From Bacteroidia bacterium (GTDB lineage: Bacteria; Bacteroidota; Bacteroidia; AKYH767-A; OLB10), in the NCBI GenBank assembly GCA_035340715.1, contig DAOQTX010000004.1, forward strand, positions 3,929 through 67,928: a DNA stretch of 64,000 nucleotides. The letters are read 5' to 3'. The position numbers and the translations under genes are program-made. The notes below the pieces were generated by a model. It made no database searches. It was not told the origin of the DNA and saw only the letters and a list, made by a program, of their open reading frames with translations. How positions within the stretch are numbered: position 1 is the stretch's first letter; each line of letters begins with the position of its first letter. This document shows, one piece after another, positions 29,465-38,749 of the stretch.

Positions 29465-30388
29465 TCAGACCAAGGCCCATTTTATTACCAATGCCCATGG
29501 TACCAATTCGAGGGCGCAAAAATACAAAAAAATATGCATCCAAGACATACCTTGTATGGACCTTGCTATGCCCAATCCTCTAAAATACCGTACTAATAGA
29601 GATAGAGAAAACAGCACTAATAAAATTGAAGGGATATAACTTACGAAAGCTGAATCAACAAAAACCCAAACGAGTATTAATGGCGTAAATAAGATACCCA
29701 GCATATTGTTGAGCAAAAACACATTGAATATGTAGGTTGAAATGGATCGCTCCTGATTGAATATATATCCGATAAGTTTTAATAAAACCATTTTACCGGA
29801 ATATATCATTGATATTAAAAATGCAAATAAAATAAAGCGCCCAAAGCCATCAAATATCCATGGATGATTCCAATCGAACTGCACCGATAACTTGTACATC
29901 AATAATGCCGATGAGAGATAAAAAATAATAGACATAAAAACCGATGCTTGTTGGATTATGATGTTTTCGTCTCGCACTACTTGATTGGTAAGACCGGTAC
30001 TCATAAACGCTTTTAATATCTGAGCGGCTGCTCTTCCATACACTACCCTCAACAAAGCAATGCCTGCTGATAGTATCAACAATACCACTACAAACCAATC
30101 GGGATTTTTTTGCTCGAAGCTAACCGGTCGAACAAAATCACTTTTTAATTCATGTGATGTAAAGATGTTTTTCTCTTCATAGCGTTGCACATTCCCTACG
30201 CTTACCCGTATGGTGTCAATTCCCGATAAGGGTTGATGCATCACAATCGGAATTTCAGCAGTGATTTTAGTATGGTCCGATTTAGGCAAAAGGTTAGAAG
30301 CTTGCTTTTTTACAGTCGAGTCCTGTTCTGCTTTATCGATTGTTGCAGTTGAGTTAAGCAAATGCGTAGAATCTTGAATTGCTTTCAA
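29465..30388 (-). CDS. Hypothetical polytopic membrane protein (DUF4271-like)
   Basis: The 307-aa product has a soluble N-terminal ~95 aa followed by about 6 TM helices. Confidence 0.45.
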   Translation of the reverse strand: MKAIQDSTHLLNSTATIDKAEQDSTVKKQASNLLPKSDHTKITAEIPIVMHQPLSGIDTIRVSVGNVQRYEEKNIFTSHELKSDFVRPVSFEQKNPDWFVVVLLILSAGIALLRVVYGRAAAQILKAFMSTGLTNQVVRDENIIIQQASVFMSIIFYLSSALLMYKLSVQFDWNHPWIFDGFGRFILFAFLISMIYSGKMVLLKLIGYIFNQERSISTYIFNVFLLNNMLGILFTPLILVWVFVDSAFVSYIPSILLVLFSLSLLVRYFRGLGIARSIQGMSWMHIFLYFCALELVPWALVIKWALV

Positions 30389-30400
30389 AAAGAAATGATA

Positions 30401-31357
30401 CTATAATCTGAAATTTCTGGATATGTTAAAGCTAAATTTATATCCACCATCAGCCCAATCATCGGTGGTATAGGGAATAAATTCAGATTCAAGAAAATAA
30501 GATGCATTGGTCAACATGATGGTAAACACATGTCCTCCGGTTTCAATTTCCAATCCGGCACCTAAAGGAGGAAAATATCCCGAATCTTTTTCATCTCTGA
30601 GCGATGAGAATGTATGAAAGTAATCGGCTACCAATGCCAAACTTCGAGTGAATTTAAATCGCATGGCGGCACCCACTGAAAACAATCCATTTTCATCGTC
30701 AGGATCGGGAACAAAATTTCGATGAACATAGGTCGGCATTAGCGCCAAAGAAAAATTAGAACTGAATTTACGCGCTATAATTAGCTGACTGGCATACGAA
30801 ATTCTCCTTGCAAAAACATTTTCTCTTTCATTATCATCATCACCTCTTCGACCCCTATCGTCATCTTTCAATCGGCTATAGTAACCATTCACATCTTTCT
30901 CTGGTGTAATTGCCATAGAAGTAAACACGGTCACTGCTACCGGTACTTTGTTGTTCGTTGTTTGTTGCAATATTCTTCCTTTAAACAAACCTTCTAAATT
31001 TTCTTTGTGTTTGCTTCTGGAAAGTCCTACCGTAAAGTTATCGGTTATACCATATTCAAATGCTATGCGTATGTCTTGCGAAACATCAAAACCCCATAAG
31101 GTATGCGCTCCACCACCACTATTATCTCCAATACTTCCAAATCGGTGACCGATTCTGAAATCAAGTGTTTTACCAAATACTGTCTCATTGGTTTGAGCGT
31201 TTATCACCTTGGTACTTTTAAATGTAGCCGAAACTTTTTCGTTCTTTTCTTCCGATTGCTCATTCAACAAGTTCATCAAATCGTCTTGCGCGAATGTATT
31301 AGTGCTACAATAAACTAAAAGCAAGCTAAAAAGTAAGGGTTTAAATTTTGATGTCAT
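30401..31357 (-). CDS. Hypothetical outer-membrane beta-barrel-like protein
   Basis: The 318-aa product has a signal peptide (LLLVYCSTNTFAQ), an acidic D/E/R-rich insert, alternating beta-strand pattern and a C-terminal F (SFNISRNFRL). Confidence 0.45.
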   Translation of the reverse strand: MTSKFKPLLFSLLLVYCSTNTFAQDDLMNLLNEQSEEKNEKVSATFKSTKVINAQTNETVFGKTLDFRIGHRFGSIGDNSGGGAHTLWGFDVSQDIRIAFEYGITDNFTVGLSRSKHKENLEGLFKGRILQQTTNNKVPVAVTVFTSMAITPEKDVNGYYSRLKDDDRGRRGDDDNERENVFARRISYASQLIIARKFSSNFSLALMPTYVHRNFVPDPDDENGLFSVGAAMRFKFTRSLALVADYFHTFSSLRDEKDSGYFPPLGAGLEIETGGHVFTIMLTNASYFLESEFIPYTTDDWADGGYKFSFNISRNFRL

Positions 31358-31360
31358 ATA

Positions 31361-31921
31361 CTACTCCTTTTTATCTTTAGGCTTATAAGGCTTGTAAGTA
31401 AATTCAAATTTCACATTTACTTTTTCTGCTATATTTTCCGTCAGCAATTTCGGAATTTTTATGTCATGATCTTTCAGCATCACATCAAAACTTCCTTTCA
31501 AAACAATATTCCCATTCTGCACTTCGATGGTTGCATTTTCAACCCGCTCTTTTTTAACTCCATGAATTTCAAGCTCACCGCTACCTTTCACTTGTTGCGG
31601 CCCCTCTTTCCTCATGTCAAATCCTTCTCCTATCACACCTTTAAAAGAAGCGAAAGGAAATTTATCGCTTTCCATGTACTTCTCATTAAAGTGTTCCTGC
31701 ATCAATGGCTTTTCAAATTTAAATGTAGTGATGGGTATTTTAAACACCACTTCATTGTTGCTGGTGTTCAATACTGATGTTGCACTGTGTGTTTCTGCTT
31801 CAATATTTTCAAGTGGAGCTTTGGAGAAAAAACTAATCTTTCCATCGCTGCTCATATATACTTGGGCGAACATTGTTAGCGGAAAAATCAAAGCAAGAAG
31901 TAATAAATTCAATTTTTTCAT
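31361..31921 (-). CDS. YceI-like periplasmic protein
   Basis: The 186-aa product has a signal peptide and YceI-like lipocalin-fold features (DGKISFFSKAPLENIEAETHS...KIPITTFK). Confidence 0.6.
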   Translation of the reverse strand: MKKLNLLLLALIFPLTMFAQVYMSSDGKISFFSKAPLENIEAETHSATSVLNTSNNEVVFKIPITTFKFEKPLMQEHFNEKYMESDKFPFASFKGVIGEGFDMRKEGPQQVKGSGELEIHGVKKERVENATIEVQNGNIVLKGSFDVMLKDHDIKIPKLLTENIAEKVNVKFEFTYKPYKPKDKKE

Positions 31922-31933
31922 TTCTTTTCTTTT

Positions 31934-32296
31934 TTAATTGTTAGGCGCACCGGCTGCCAGCCAGCAACGCAAAATATCTATATCGGTCTGACTTAATGGA
32001 CCGGATGGAGGCATGTCTTTTGTATTGATAGCTCTTTGTTCAAATGTTCCATTGTCAACTTTCGATTTAACGCCTACATAAGGATTGCTTTTAAAATCAC
32101 CGGTGCCACTTCCTCCGGGCTCGTGACAACCGTTCACACAATAAGTCTGTATGATTGGATTTACATCTGCATTAAACTCGCTAGCTATGGTTGTACAGTC
32201 GGGAAGGGGTTGAGCCAAATCACCTTTATCGCTTAAGCAAGATGTAAATAAAACAATGATAAACAATTGACATATAAAAGGAAGTGCTCGATTCAT
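31934..32296 (-). CDS. Small c-type cytochrome lipoprotein
   Basis: It has a single CVNGCH haem-binding motif and a lipobox-like LFTSC signal. The likely start is the Met of MNRALPF, downstream of the caller's start at 32374. Confidence 0.45.
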   Translation of the reverse strand: MNRALPFICQLFIIVLFTSCLSDKGDLAQPLPDCTTIASEFNADVNPIIQTYCVNGCHEPGGSGTGDFKSNPYVGVKSKVDNGTFEQRAINTKDMPPSGPLSQTDIDILRCWLAAGAPNN

Positions 32297-32327
32297 TTTG
32301 TATTTTTGATTAACAAACATACAAAAT

Positions 32328-33971
32328 ATGAAAAAAATTGTACGGATCTGGTTTGTGATTTCTACATTATTCATGAGTAGCTCACCAATAAAGGCTCAAC
32401 TATTTGTAACCGATGCCTATTTATATGGCGATGCAAATGATGATGAGGTGAATACCATGTCATTTAATGAGCAAACTTATGAAGTGTTTGCTGCGGGCTA
32501 TTTTCAAAATTCTTTCGATGGCACCATTAATGCCTTAGGAGGTAAAGATGCTTTTGTATTAAAACACGATCCTTTCGGAACTCCTTGGTTTGTTCAAATT
32601 GGAAGCGCAGCAGACGAAGAAATTACTGCCTCATCGTTTGATGTATCAACAGGTAGTTTGTATGTGGCAGGAACATTTTCCGGTTCAACATTATCAGTGG
32701 GTAGTAATACACTAAACAATGCCGGCAATACCGATGTTTTCATTGCAAAAATAAATGCAATGGGAAATATTGTATGGAGTATGCGAATGGGAGGTTCGGG
32801 TTCTGATTATATCAGTGCCATAAAAACCGATAGCAGCGGAAACATTTATGCCTGCGGATACTTTTTTGGAGGATCATTTACTGCAGGACCTTATACCTTG
32901 GGTGGTGGTGGACTAAGCAGCTCATACCTGGTAAAGATTAATAATACCGGCTTAGTAGATTGGGCGAAAGAAGCCAAAGGAAGCGGAGGTGGAGTAGCGA
33001 TTGCCAGAGATGTATCCATATCGACCAATGGAACTATTTGGATGGTCGGTGAATTTTCGGTAGCTGCTGATTTTGTTGTGAGCACATTAAATGCCGTTGG
33101 AACACGCGATGGTTTTTCGGCAGCTTATAATTCAAGCGGAACTTTTCAATATGCAACCCAATATTTTGGGAATTCAGGAGCTCAAGTTTTTATCAGAGGC
33201 ATTCGTCCGATCGCCAATCATGAAATGGTTATGGCCGGATATTTTAGTCAAGATATTTTTGAAGGTAGTGCATTCATCAATTCGGCCGGGAATATGGACA
33301 TGATGATTTTGCAAATCAATAATTTTGGTACCATTCTAAACGGATTTACTGCAGGAGGTCCGGGAGATGATCGAATATTAGGTATGGGTGGCGATTTCAG
33401 CAATGTTTTTTCATTAGGGTATGAAAGTGACTTAAGTGAAATTCAAGGTGTGTTTTTACAAATGCCGCTTGGGGTTTCAAAAAGCGGATTGATCATTAAT
33501 ACCAATCACAATACAGGTTCTCCAATGGTAGTGACTGGTAGGTTGCGATTAGCGGAACATGGTATTTCGGCACCCGAGTCTGTTTTCAAAACCACTTATG
33601 ATGGATTGCCTTTGTTTGTATCACCCTTCTCGGGTTATAGTACCGGAAATATAAATTCAACCATAGCTCACGGAGGAAAAGATGCTATGATTTGTGATGT
33701 ACTGATGTTTGGTGGAGTAGAAGAATCGGAGCGCAATTCGTTTAGAGCATCGCCTAATCCTGTTCGTGATAATCTTAATATATTATTTACTAAACCCATT
33801 AAAGATCGGGTGCAAGTTCGAATATATGATGCAATGGGGCACCATGTTCTCAGCGATGAATTAAGCATTGATGATCATAGCATTGATTTACAATCTTTAC
33901 GAAAAGGAGTATATTGTATCACCCTGTTTGAGAATGGAACTTCTCAAGCTCAAAAAATTATTAAACAGTAA
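32328..33971 (+). CDS. Secreted SBBP beta-propeller repeat protein with T9SS type-A C-terminal sorting domain
   Basis: The 547-aa product has a signal peptide and repeated ~45-aa units (GSGSDYISAIKTDSSGNIYACGYF). Its C-terminus (RASPNPVRDNLNILF...GVYCITLFENGTSQAQKIIKQ) matches the T9SS type-A CTD. Confidence 0.7.
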   Translation: MKKIVRIWFVISTLFMSSSPIKAQLFVTDAYLYGDANDDEVNTMSFNEQTYEVFAAGYFQNSFDGTINALGGKDAFVLKHDPFGTPWFVQIGSAADEEITASSFDVSTGSLYVAGTFSGSTLSVGSNTLNNAGNTDVFIAKINAMGNIVWSMRMGGSGSDYISAIKTDSSGNIYACGYFFGGSFTAGPYTLGGGGLSSSYLVKINNTGLVDWAKEAKGSGGGVAIARDVSISTNGTIWMVGEFSVAADFVVSTLNAVGTRDGFSAAYNSSGTFQYATQYFGNSGAQVFIRGIRPIANHEMVMAGYFSQDIFEGSAFINSAGNMDMMILQINNFGTILNGFTAGGPGDDRILGMGGDFSNVFSLGYESDLSEIQGVFLQMPLGVSKSGLIINTNHNTGSPMVVTGRLRLAEHGISAPESVFKTTYDGLPLFVSPFSGYSTGNINSTIAHGGKDAMICDVLMFGGVEESERNSFRASPNPVRDNLNILFTKPIKDRVQVRIYDAMGHHVLSDELSIDDHSIDLQSLRKGVYCITLFENGTSQAQKIIKQ

Positions 33972-35844
33972 CGCTATTACTTTGACACAAAAAATTCTTG
34001 CCCTATCCATCAGCGCCTTATTATTTTCCTGTTCTTCAGAAATTAAAAAAACCAGTACTTCGACCATGAGCAAAGACGATCATTCTTTTGCCAAAGCCGA
34101 TGAAATAAGTATTCATCACATTGATTTGAACTTGAAGGTAGATTTTGAACAAAAAACTTTAGCAGGAAAGGCCCGTCTTTATATTACACATCATACCAAA
34201 GTCGATTCCATTTTTTTGGATACACGAAAACTTTCAATTCAAAAAATTCAATTGAGCGATGGTACTGAAACCCCTTACCGTTTATCGGAAGAAGATGCGT
34301 TATTGGGCAGTCAGTTGGCGATAAAAGTTGCTCCAAATACCGAGTACATTGATATAGCCTACTCAACCGATCCTACAGCTGCGGCATTACAATGGCTGGT
34401 GAAAGAACAAACGGCCGGAAAACAACACCCTTTTCTTTTTACACAATCGCAAGCCATATTGGCCCGCAGTTGGATTCCGCTACAAGATAGTCCCGGCATA
34501 CGATTCACCTACTCGGCTGCCATTCAAGTTCCTCAACCATTAATAGCATTGATGAGCGCACGCTCTGCCAAGCAGGATAGTTTGACCAATACGTTCTACT
34601 TTGAAATGAAACAAGCCATTCCATCGTATCTTATGGCCTTGTCGGTTGGGCATTTACAATACCACGCTTACGACCAAAGATGTGGCGTTTTTGCAGAACC
34701 TGAGATGATTGAAAAAGCTGCCTATGAATTTGCCGATATGCCATCAATGATATCGAGTGCAGAAGAATTATATGGTCCCTATGCTTGGGAACAATATGAT
34801 GTGTTGGTGCTTCCTCCTTCTTTTCCGTTTGGTGGAATGGAAAATCCGCGTTTAACTTTTGCCACACCTACCATCATTGCAGGCGATCGCAGTTTGGTTG
34901 CTTTAATTGCGCATGAGTTGGCCCACAGTTGGAGTGGAAACTTAGTTACCAATGCCACATGGAACGACTTTTGGCTCAACGAGGGGTTTACGGTTTATTT
35001 CGAATCGCGCATTATGGAAAAGCTTTATGGCAAGCCTTATGCCGATATGTTGATCAAACTTTCATACGATGAACTTTCACACACTCTTGAAGAGATGAAA
35101 GACCATGCGGACGACACACATCTTTATTTACAACTTAAAGGTCGCGATCCCGATGAGGGACTCACTGACATTGCTTATGAAAAAGGAAGATTCTTTCTTC
35201 GGCATATTGAACAAACTGTGGGGCGAGAAAAATGGGATGCTTTTCTGAAAGGATATTTTTCCAGTCATGCGTTTAAAAGTATAACCACCACTGCTTTTCT
35301 GGAATATCTTCAAAGCCATCTGCTGCAATCTATTCCCGGAGCGGATGAAAAAATAAAACTAAATGAATGGGTATATGGCGCAGGTCTTCCGCCTGTATTT
35401 TTACCCCCAAGTTCTGAAGAGTTGACCCGGGTAGAAAAAAGTGCTGAAGCTTTTCTTTCAAATTCAAAAGCTGAAGCGATAGATACCAATGGATATAGCA
35501 GTCATCATTTTTTGCATTTATTGCGTTCGTTAAGTTCGTCAATCAGCAAAGAACAACTGGGATTGCTCGATCAAAGATTTAACTTTTCGAACAGTGGAAA
35601 TAGCGAAGTATTGAGTCAGTGGTTATTGCTAAGCATACAAAAACAATATGGTCCGGCTATGCCGCAACTTGAAAACTTTTTGCTTCAGGTGGGAAGAAGA
35701 AAATTTTTAAAACCCTTGTATTCCGCCTTAGCTAAAACACCCGAAGGAAAAGAGGAAGCGCTTCGAATCTATAGCAAAGCCCGCGATTCTTATCATTCGG
35801 TTAGTTACGGAACAATAGACCAAATTTTAGGTTATACACCATAG
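33934..35844 (+). CDS. M1 family zinc aminopeptidase (leukotriene-A4-hydrolase-like) lipoprotein
   Basis: It has the HELAHSW...NEGFTVYFE (HExxH-x18-E) zincin motif and the GGMENP exopeptidase motif. The lipoprotein signal is ALLFSCSS. The start was chosen at the Met of MELLKLKK; the caller's TTG at 33868 overlaps the upstream gene. Confidence 0.8.
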   Translation: MELLKLKKLLNSNAITLTQKILALSISALLFSCSSEIKKTSTSTMSKDDHSFAKADEISIHHIDLNLKVDFEQKTLAGKARLYITHHTKVDSIFLDTRKLSIQKIQLSDGTETPYRLSEEDALLGSQLAIKVAPNTEYIDIAYSTDPTAAALQWLVKEQTAGKQHPFLFTQSQAILARSWIPLQDSPGIRFTYSAAIQVPQPLIALMSARSAKQDSLTNTFYFEMKQAIPSYLMALSVGHLQYHAYDQRCGVFAEPEMIEKAAYEFADMPSMISSAEELYGPYAWEQYDVLVLPPSFPFGGMENPRLTFATPTIIAGDRSLVALIAHELAHSWSGNLVTNATWNDFWLNEGFTVYFESRIMEKLYGKPYADMLIKLSYDELSHTLEEMKDHADDTHLYLQLKGRDPDEGLTDIAYEKGRFFLRHIEQTVGREKWDAFLKGYFSSHAFKSITTTAFLEYLQSHLLQSIPGADEKIKLNEWVYGAGLPPVFLPPSSEELTRVEKSAEAFLSNSKAEAIDTNGYSSHHFLHLLRSLSSSISKEQLGLLDQRFNFSNSGNSEVLSQWLLLSIQKQYGPAMPQLENFLLQVGRRKFLKPLYSALAKTPEGKEEALRIYSKARDSYHSVSYGTIDQILGYTP

Positions 35845-35926
35845 CGTTCAACAATCATTTGGACTTATACTTAATTTTCGTGGCCTTGCGCAACAAACAG
35901 GTGCAATGCTTTGTTATCCATACTAA

Positions 35927-36532
35927 ATGATAAAGAAGTATAAAATAGTATTGCTGCTATTCTGTATGTCGTTTTCATTGCATGCAAAAGCTCAAGTGAA
36001 CAGCATAGTAAACTTTTATGCGACTCAAATAAACAAAATAGTATATATGAGTTTCACTATAAAACAAGGCAATACCTGTGCTGATACTCAGATTCAACGC
36101 TCTGCCGATAGTATTACCTTTAATACCATTGGAATTATTCCGGGTATTTGTGGAAGCATTACAACAGATGAATCCTATAGTTTTAGCGATTCATTACCGC
36201 TTTATGGACAAATCAATTATTATAGAATTTATTTAGGAAACCAAGGTAGTTCGTATGTTGTAAAAGTTGAAGTAAGTCCTCTCTCCGAACTCCCTTTAAT
36301 AGTGTATCCAAATCCCTCTTCCGATTTTACTACCGTGCAATTGGATCAATCGCTCGGAAAGAATTATCAAATCACTGTATTCGATCTGTTTGGGAAGAAA
36401 ATGATTGAACCCGCTCGTTTTTTCTCACCTTATTTTCTATCGACCCATCAATGGGTTTCCGGCAATTATATCATTCAAGTGTCATCTGAAGATGGCCTTA
36501 TATTAAAAAGCAATTTGAGTGTGGTGCGCTAA
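35927..36532 (+). CDS. Small secreted protein of unknown function with T9SS type-A CTD
   Basis: The 201-aa product has a signal peptide, a ~100-aa N-domain with no recognisable motif, and a C-terminal VYPNPSSDFTTVQL...NYIIQVSSEDGLILKSNLSVVR. Confidence 0.55.
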   Translation: MIKKYKIVLLLFCMSFSLHAKAQVNSIVNFYATQINKIVYMSFTIKQGNTCADTQIQRSADSITFNTIGIIPGICGSITTDESYSFSDSLPLYGQINYYRIYLGNQGSSYVVKVEVSPLSELPLIVYPNPSSDFTTVQLDQSLGKNYQITVFDLFGKKMIEPARFFSPYFLSTHQWVSGNYIIQVSSEDGLILKSNLSVVR

Positions 36533-36732
36533 GCAATCAATCCTTCAATCAGGTGCAGTGAACAAAAAAGATTCCTTCGTCACCCGGCAGCATGCGTTGC
36601 TTTATCTTTCCTTGCAATGACGAATAGGAAAAAAAGAAAGGTTTATTTTCTATTTCATTTAAAAGATTTTTTAGCACCTCTTCATTTAGTACTTTTGTGC
36701 TGCTCAAAAAAATAACTATTTTAAATTCAATT

Positions 36733-37911
36733 ATGGCTACCGATCATTTTCAATCTCCCGATTATTATCAAATAGACGAATTGCTGTCTGAAGAACATAT
36801 TCTCATACGGAACTCAGTAAGAGAATGGGTAAAAAAGGAAGTGAGTCCGATTATAGAAGACTATGCTCAGCGCGCTGAGTTTCCAAAACAAATCATACGC
36901 GGGCTTGGAGAGATTGGTGCTTTTGGCCCATACATTCCGGAGCAGTATGGCGGCCCGGGATTGGATCAAATTTCCTATGGTTTAATAATGCAAGAGATAG
37001 AACGAGGCGACTCGGGTGTGCGCAGTACCGCTTCGGTACAGAGTTCTTTGGTGATGTATCCCATTTTTACTTACGGAAGCGAAGAACAAAAGAAAAAGTA
37101 TTTACCCAAATTGGCTACAGGCGAGTTAATGGGTTGCTTCGGGTTAACCGAACCCGATCATGGTTCGAATCCAAGCGGAATGCTCAGCAATATTAAAGAC
37201 AAAGGAAATCATGTGGTACTCAACGGTTCAAAAATGTGGATCAGCAATGCTCCATTTGCAGACATTGCTGTTGTTTGGGCTAAAGATGAAAAAGGCGATA
37301 TAAGAGGTATGGTGGTTGAGCGGGGCATGAAAGGTTTCAGCACTCCTGAAACACATAACAAGTGGAGTCTTAGAGCAAGTGCAACCGGTGAGTTGGTGTT
37401 CGACAATGTTGAAATTCCAAAAGAGAATATTTTTCCAAACGTTAAAGGATTAAAAGGTCCTTTGGGTTGTTTGAATTCGGCTCGGTATGGTATTGCCTGG
37501 GGTGCCATTGGCGCAGCCATGGATTGTTATGATACCGCTTTGCGCTATTCAAAAGAAAGAATTCAATTTGGCAAAGCGATTGGTTCTTTTCAATTGCAAC
37601 AAAAAAAATTGGCTGAAATGATTACTGAAATTACCAAAGCACAGTTGTTGGCTTGGCGTCTGGGTGTTTTGAAAAATGAGAATCGGGCTACACCGCAACA
37701 AATAAGTATGGCCAAAAGAAACAATGTTGATATGGCATTGACCATTACCCGTCAGGCCCGTCAGATGTTAGGCGGAATGGGAATTACCGGTGAGTATCCA
37801 ATTATGCGACACATGATGAATCTTGAAAGTGTGATTACGTATGAAGGCACGCACGATATTCATTTACTTATAACCGGAATGGATGTAACCGGATTCAATG
37901 CGTTCTCTTAA
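36733..37911 (+). CDS. Acyl-CoA dehydrogenase, glutaryl-CoA-dehydrogenase-like
   Basis: The ACAD fold is present (N-terminal helical, middle beta, C-terminal helical domains; GLTEPDHGSNP, YEGTHDIH). Start chosen at MATDHF. Confidence 0.8.
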   Translation: MATDHFQSPDYYQIDELLSEEHILIRNSVREWVKKEVSPIIEDYAQRAEFPKQIIRGLGEIGAFGPYIPEQYGGPGLDQISYGLIMQEIERGDSGVRSTASVQSSLVMYPIFTYGSEEQKKKYLPKLATGELMGCFGLTEPDHGSNPSGMLSNIKDKGNHVVLNGSKMWISNAPFADIAVVWAKDEKGDIRGMVVERGMKGFSTPETHNKWSLRASATGELVFDNVEIPKENIFPNVKGLKGPLGCLNSARYGIAWGAIGAAMDCYDTALRYSKERIQFGKAIGSFQLQQKKLAEMITEITKAQLLAWRLGVLKNENRATPQQISMAKRNNVDMALTITRQARQMLGGMGITGEYPIMRHMMNLESVITYEGTHDIHLLITGMDVTGFNAFS

Positions 37912-38648
37912 TTGCTTTTGGATTGATTCAACTTTAACACCAGTTGCTTTATCGACAAAAAATGCAGCATGAGCGCAATAGGAACCAATACTGAAGGCAG
38001 AAGAGAGTAAGGCCAAATAACCGGTAAAGTATTGGCCGGCTCATTCATAAAATATTTGAATGGAAAAGGAGAGGATAAGGCTGCTATCGTTACTACATTA
38101 ATGATTAACAGGATACCCAAAATGTTCCAAATGATGGCAACCCACTGCGGCAAACTTTTTTTCACAAAACAAAAATAACCGATCAAAGGGGCTGTGATGC
38201 CAATTAGAATGTCGTAGTTCATTCCTTCAAAAGTCATTTGTACCGGTATAACGTAAGCGTAGTAGAGTGATACTAAAATAATCTCAACTACAATCCTGAA
38301 GGATTGCACATATATCAAATGTTCGGGTGGTACGTAACGAAGTAAGTAAGACACTCGACCTGAAAACAAGATGGCCAATACTATCATTACAATCACTATC
38401 ATCAGCAATAACATTCGCGGAGGCATGGCATCGTATTTATTAAAGTAACCCATAACCGTTGCAATGCTGACCAAAAATACCCATACAGCAATGGCTGAAC
38501 CTGTGAAATAAAGAGTGATTCTTCTTTGAGGCAAAGCGATACCGACTTGCTTCAATGCGTTTTGATGAATGACTAATACCGACATGATAACCGCCAATAG
38601 TAGCCCCAAAAATAGAGATGTAATAAAAGAAGAAATAGAAGCCTCCAC
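37908..38648 (-). CDS. Hypothetical polytopic membrane protein
   Basis: The 246-aa product has about 6 TM helices. No family was recognised. Confidence 0.4.
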   Translation of the reverse strand: MEASISSFITSLFLGLLLAVIMSVLVIHQNALKQVGIALPQRRITLYFTGSAIAVWVFLVSIATVMGYFNKYDAMPPRMLLLMIVIVMIVLAILFSGRVSYLLRYVPPEHLIYVQSFRIVVEIILVSLYYAYVIPVQMTFEGMNYDILIGITAPLIGYFCFVKKSLPQWVAIIWNILGILLIINVVTIAALSSPFPFKYFMNEPANTLPVIWPYSLLPSVLVPIALMLHFLSIKQLVLKLNQSKSN

Positions 38649-38749
38649 TACGCGAAGTTATCAAGCCCTATCAGCAATGCAATAGCGAATGAACAAAGAA
38701 TAACATTTATTTGGCGATCTGTTCAATTCGTATGGTGAACGAGAATTAT

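Noticed and set aside
29850-30098. An 82-aa minus-strand ORF overlapping the DUF4271-like gene in another frame
   Set aside because: It is contained within a longer, better-supported ORF on the same strand and is likely spurious.
36533-36732. A 7-bp inverted repeat (ttcgtca...tgacgaa) with a 36-nt spacer upstream of the acyl-CoA dehydrogenase gene, considered as a possible riboswitch or terminator
   Set aside because: The stem is too short and the loop too long for a stable structure. No known riboswitch consensus was recognisable.
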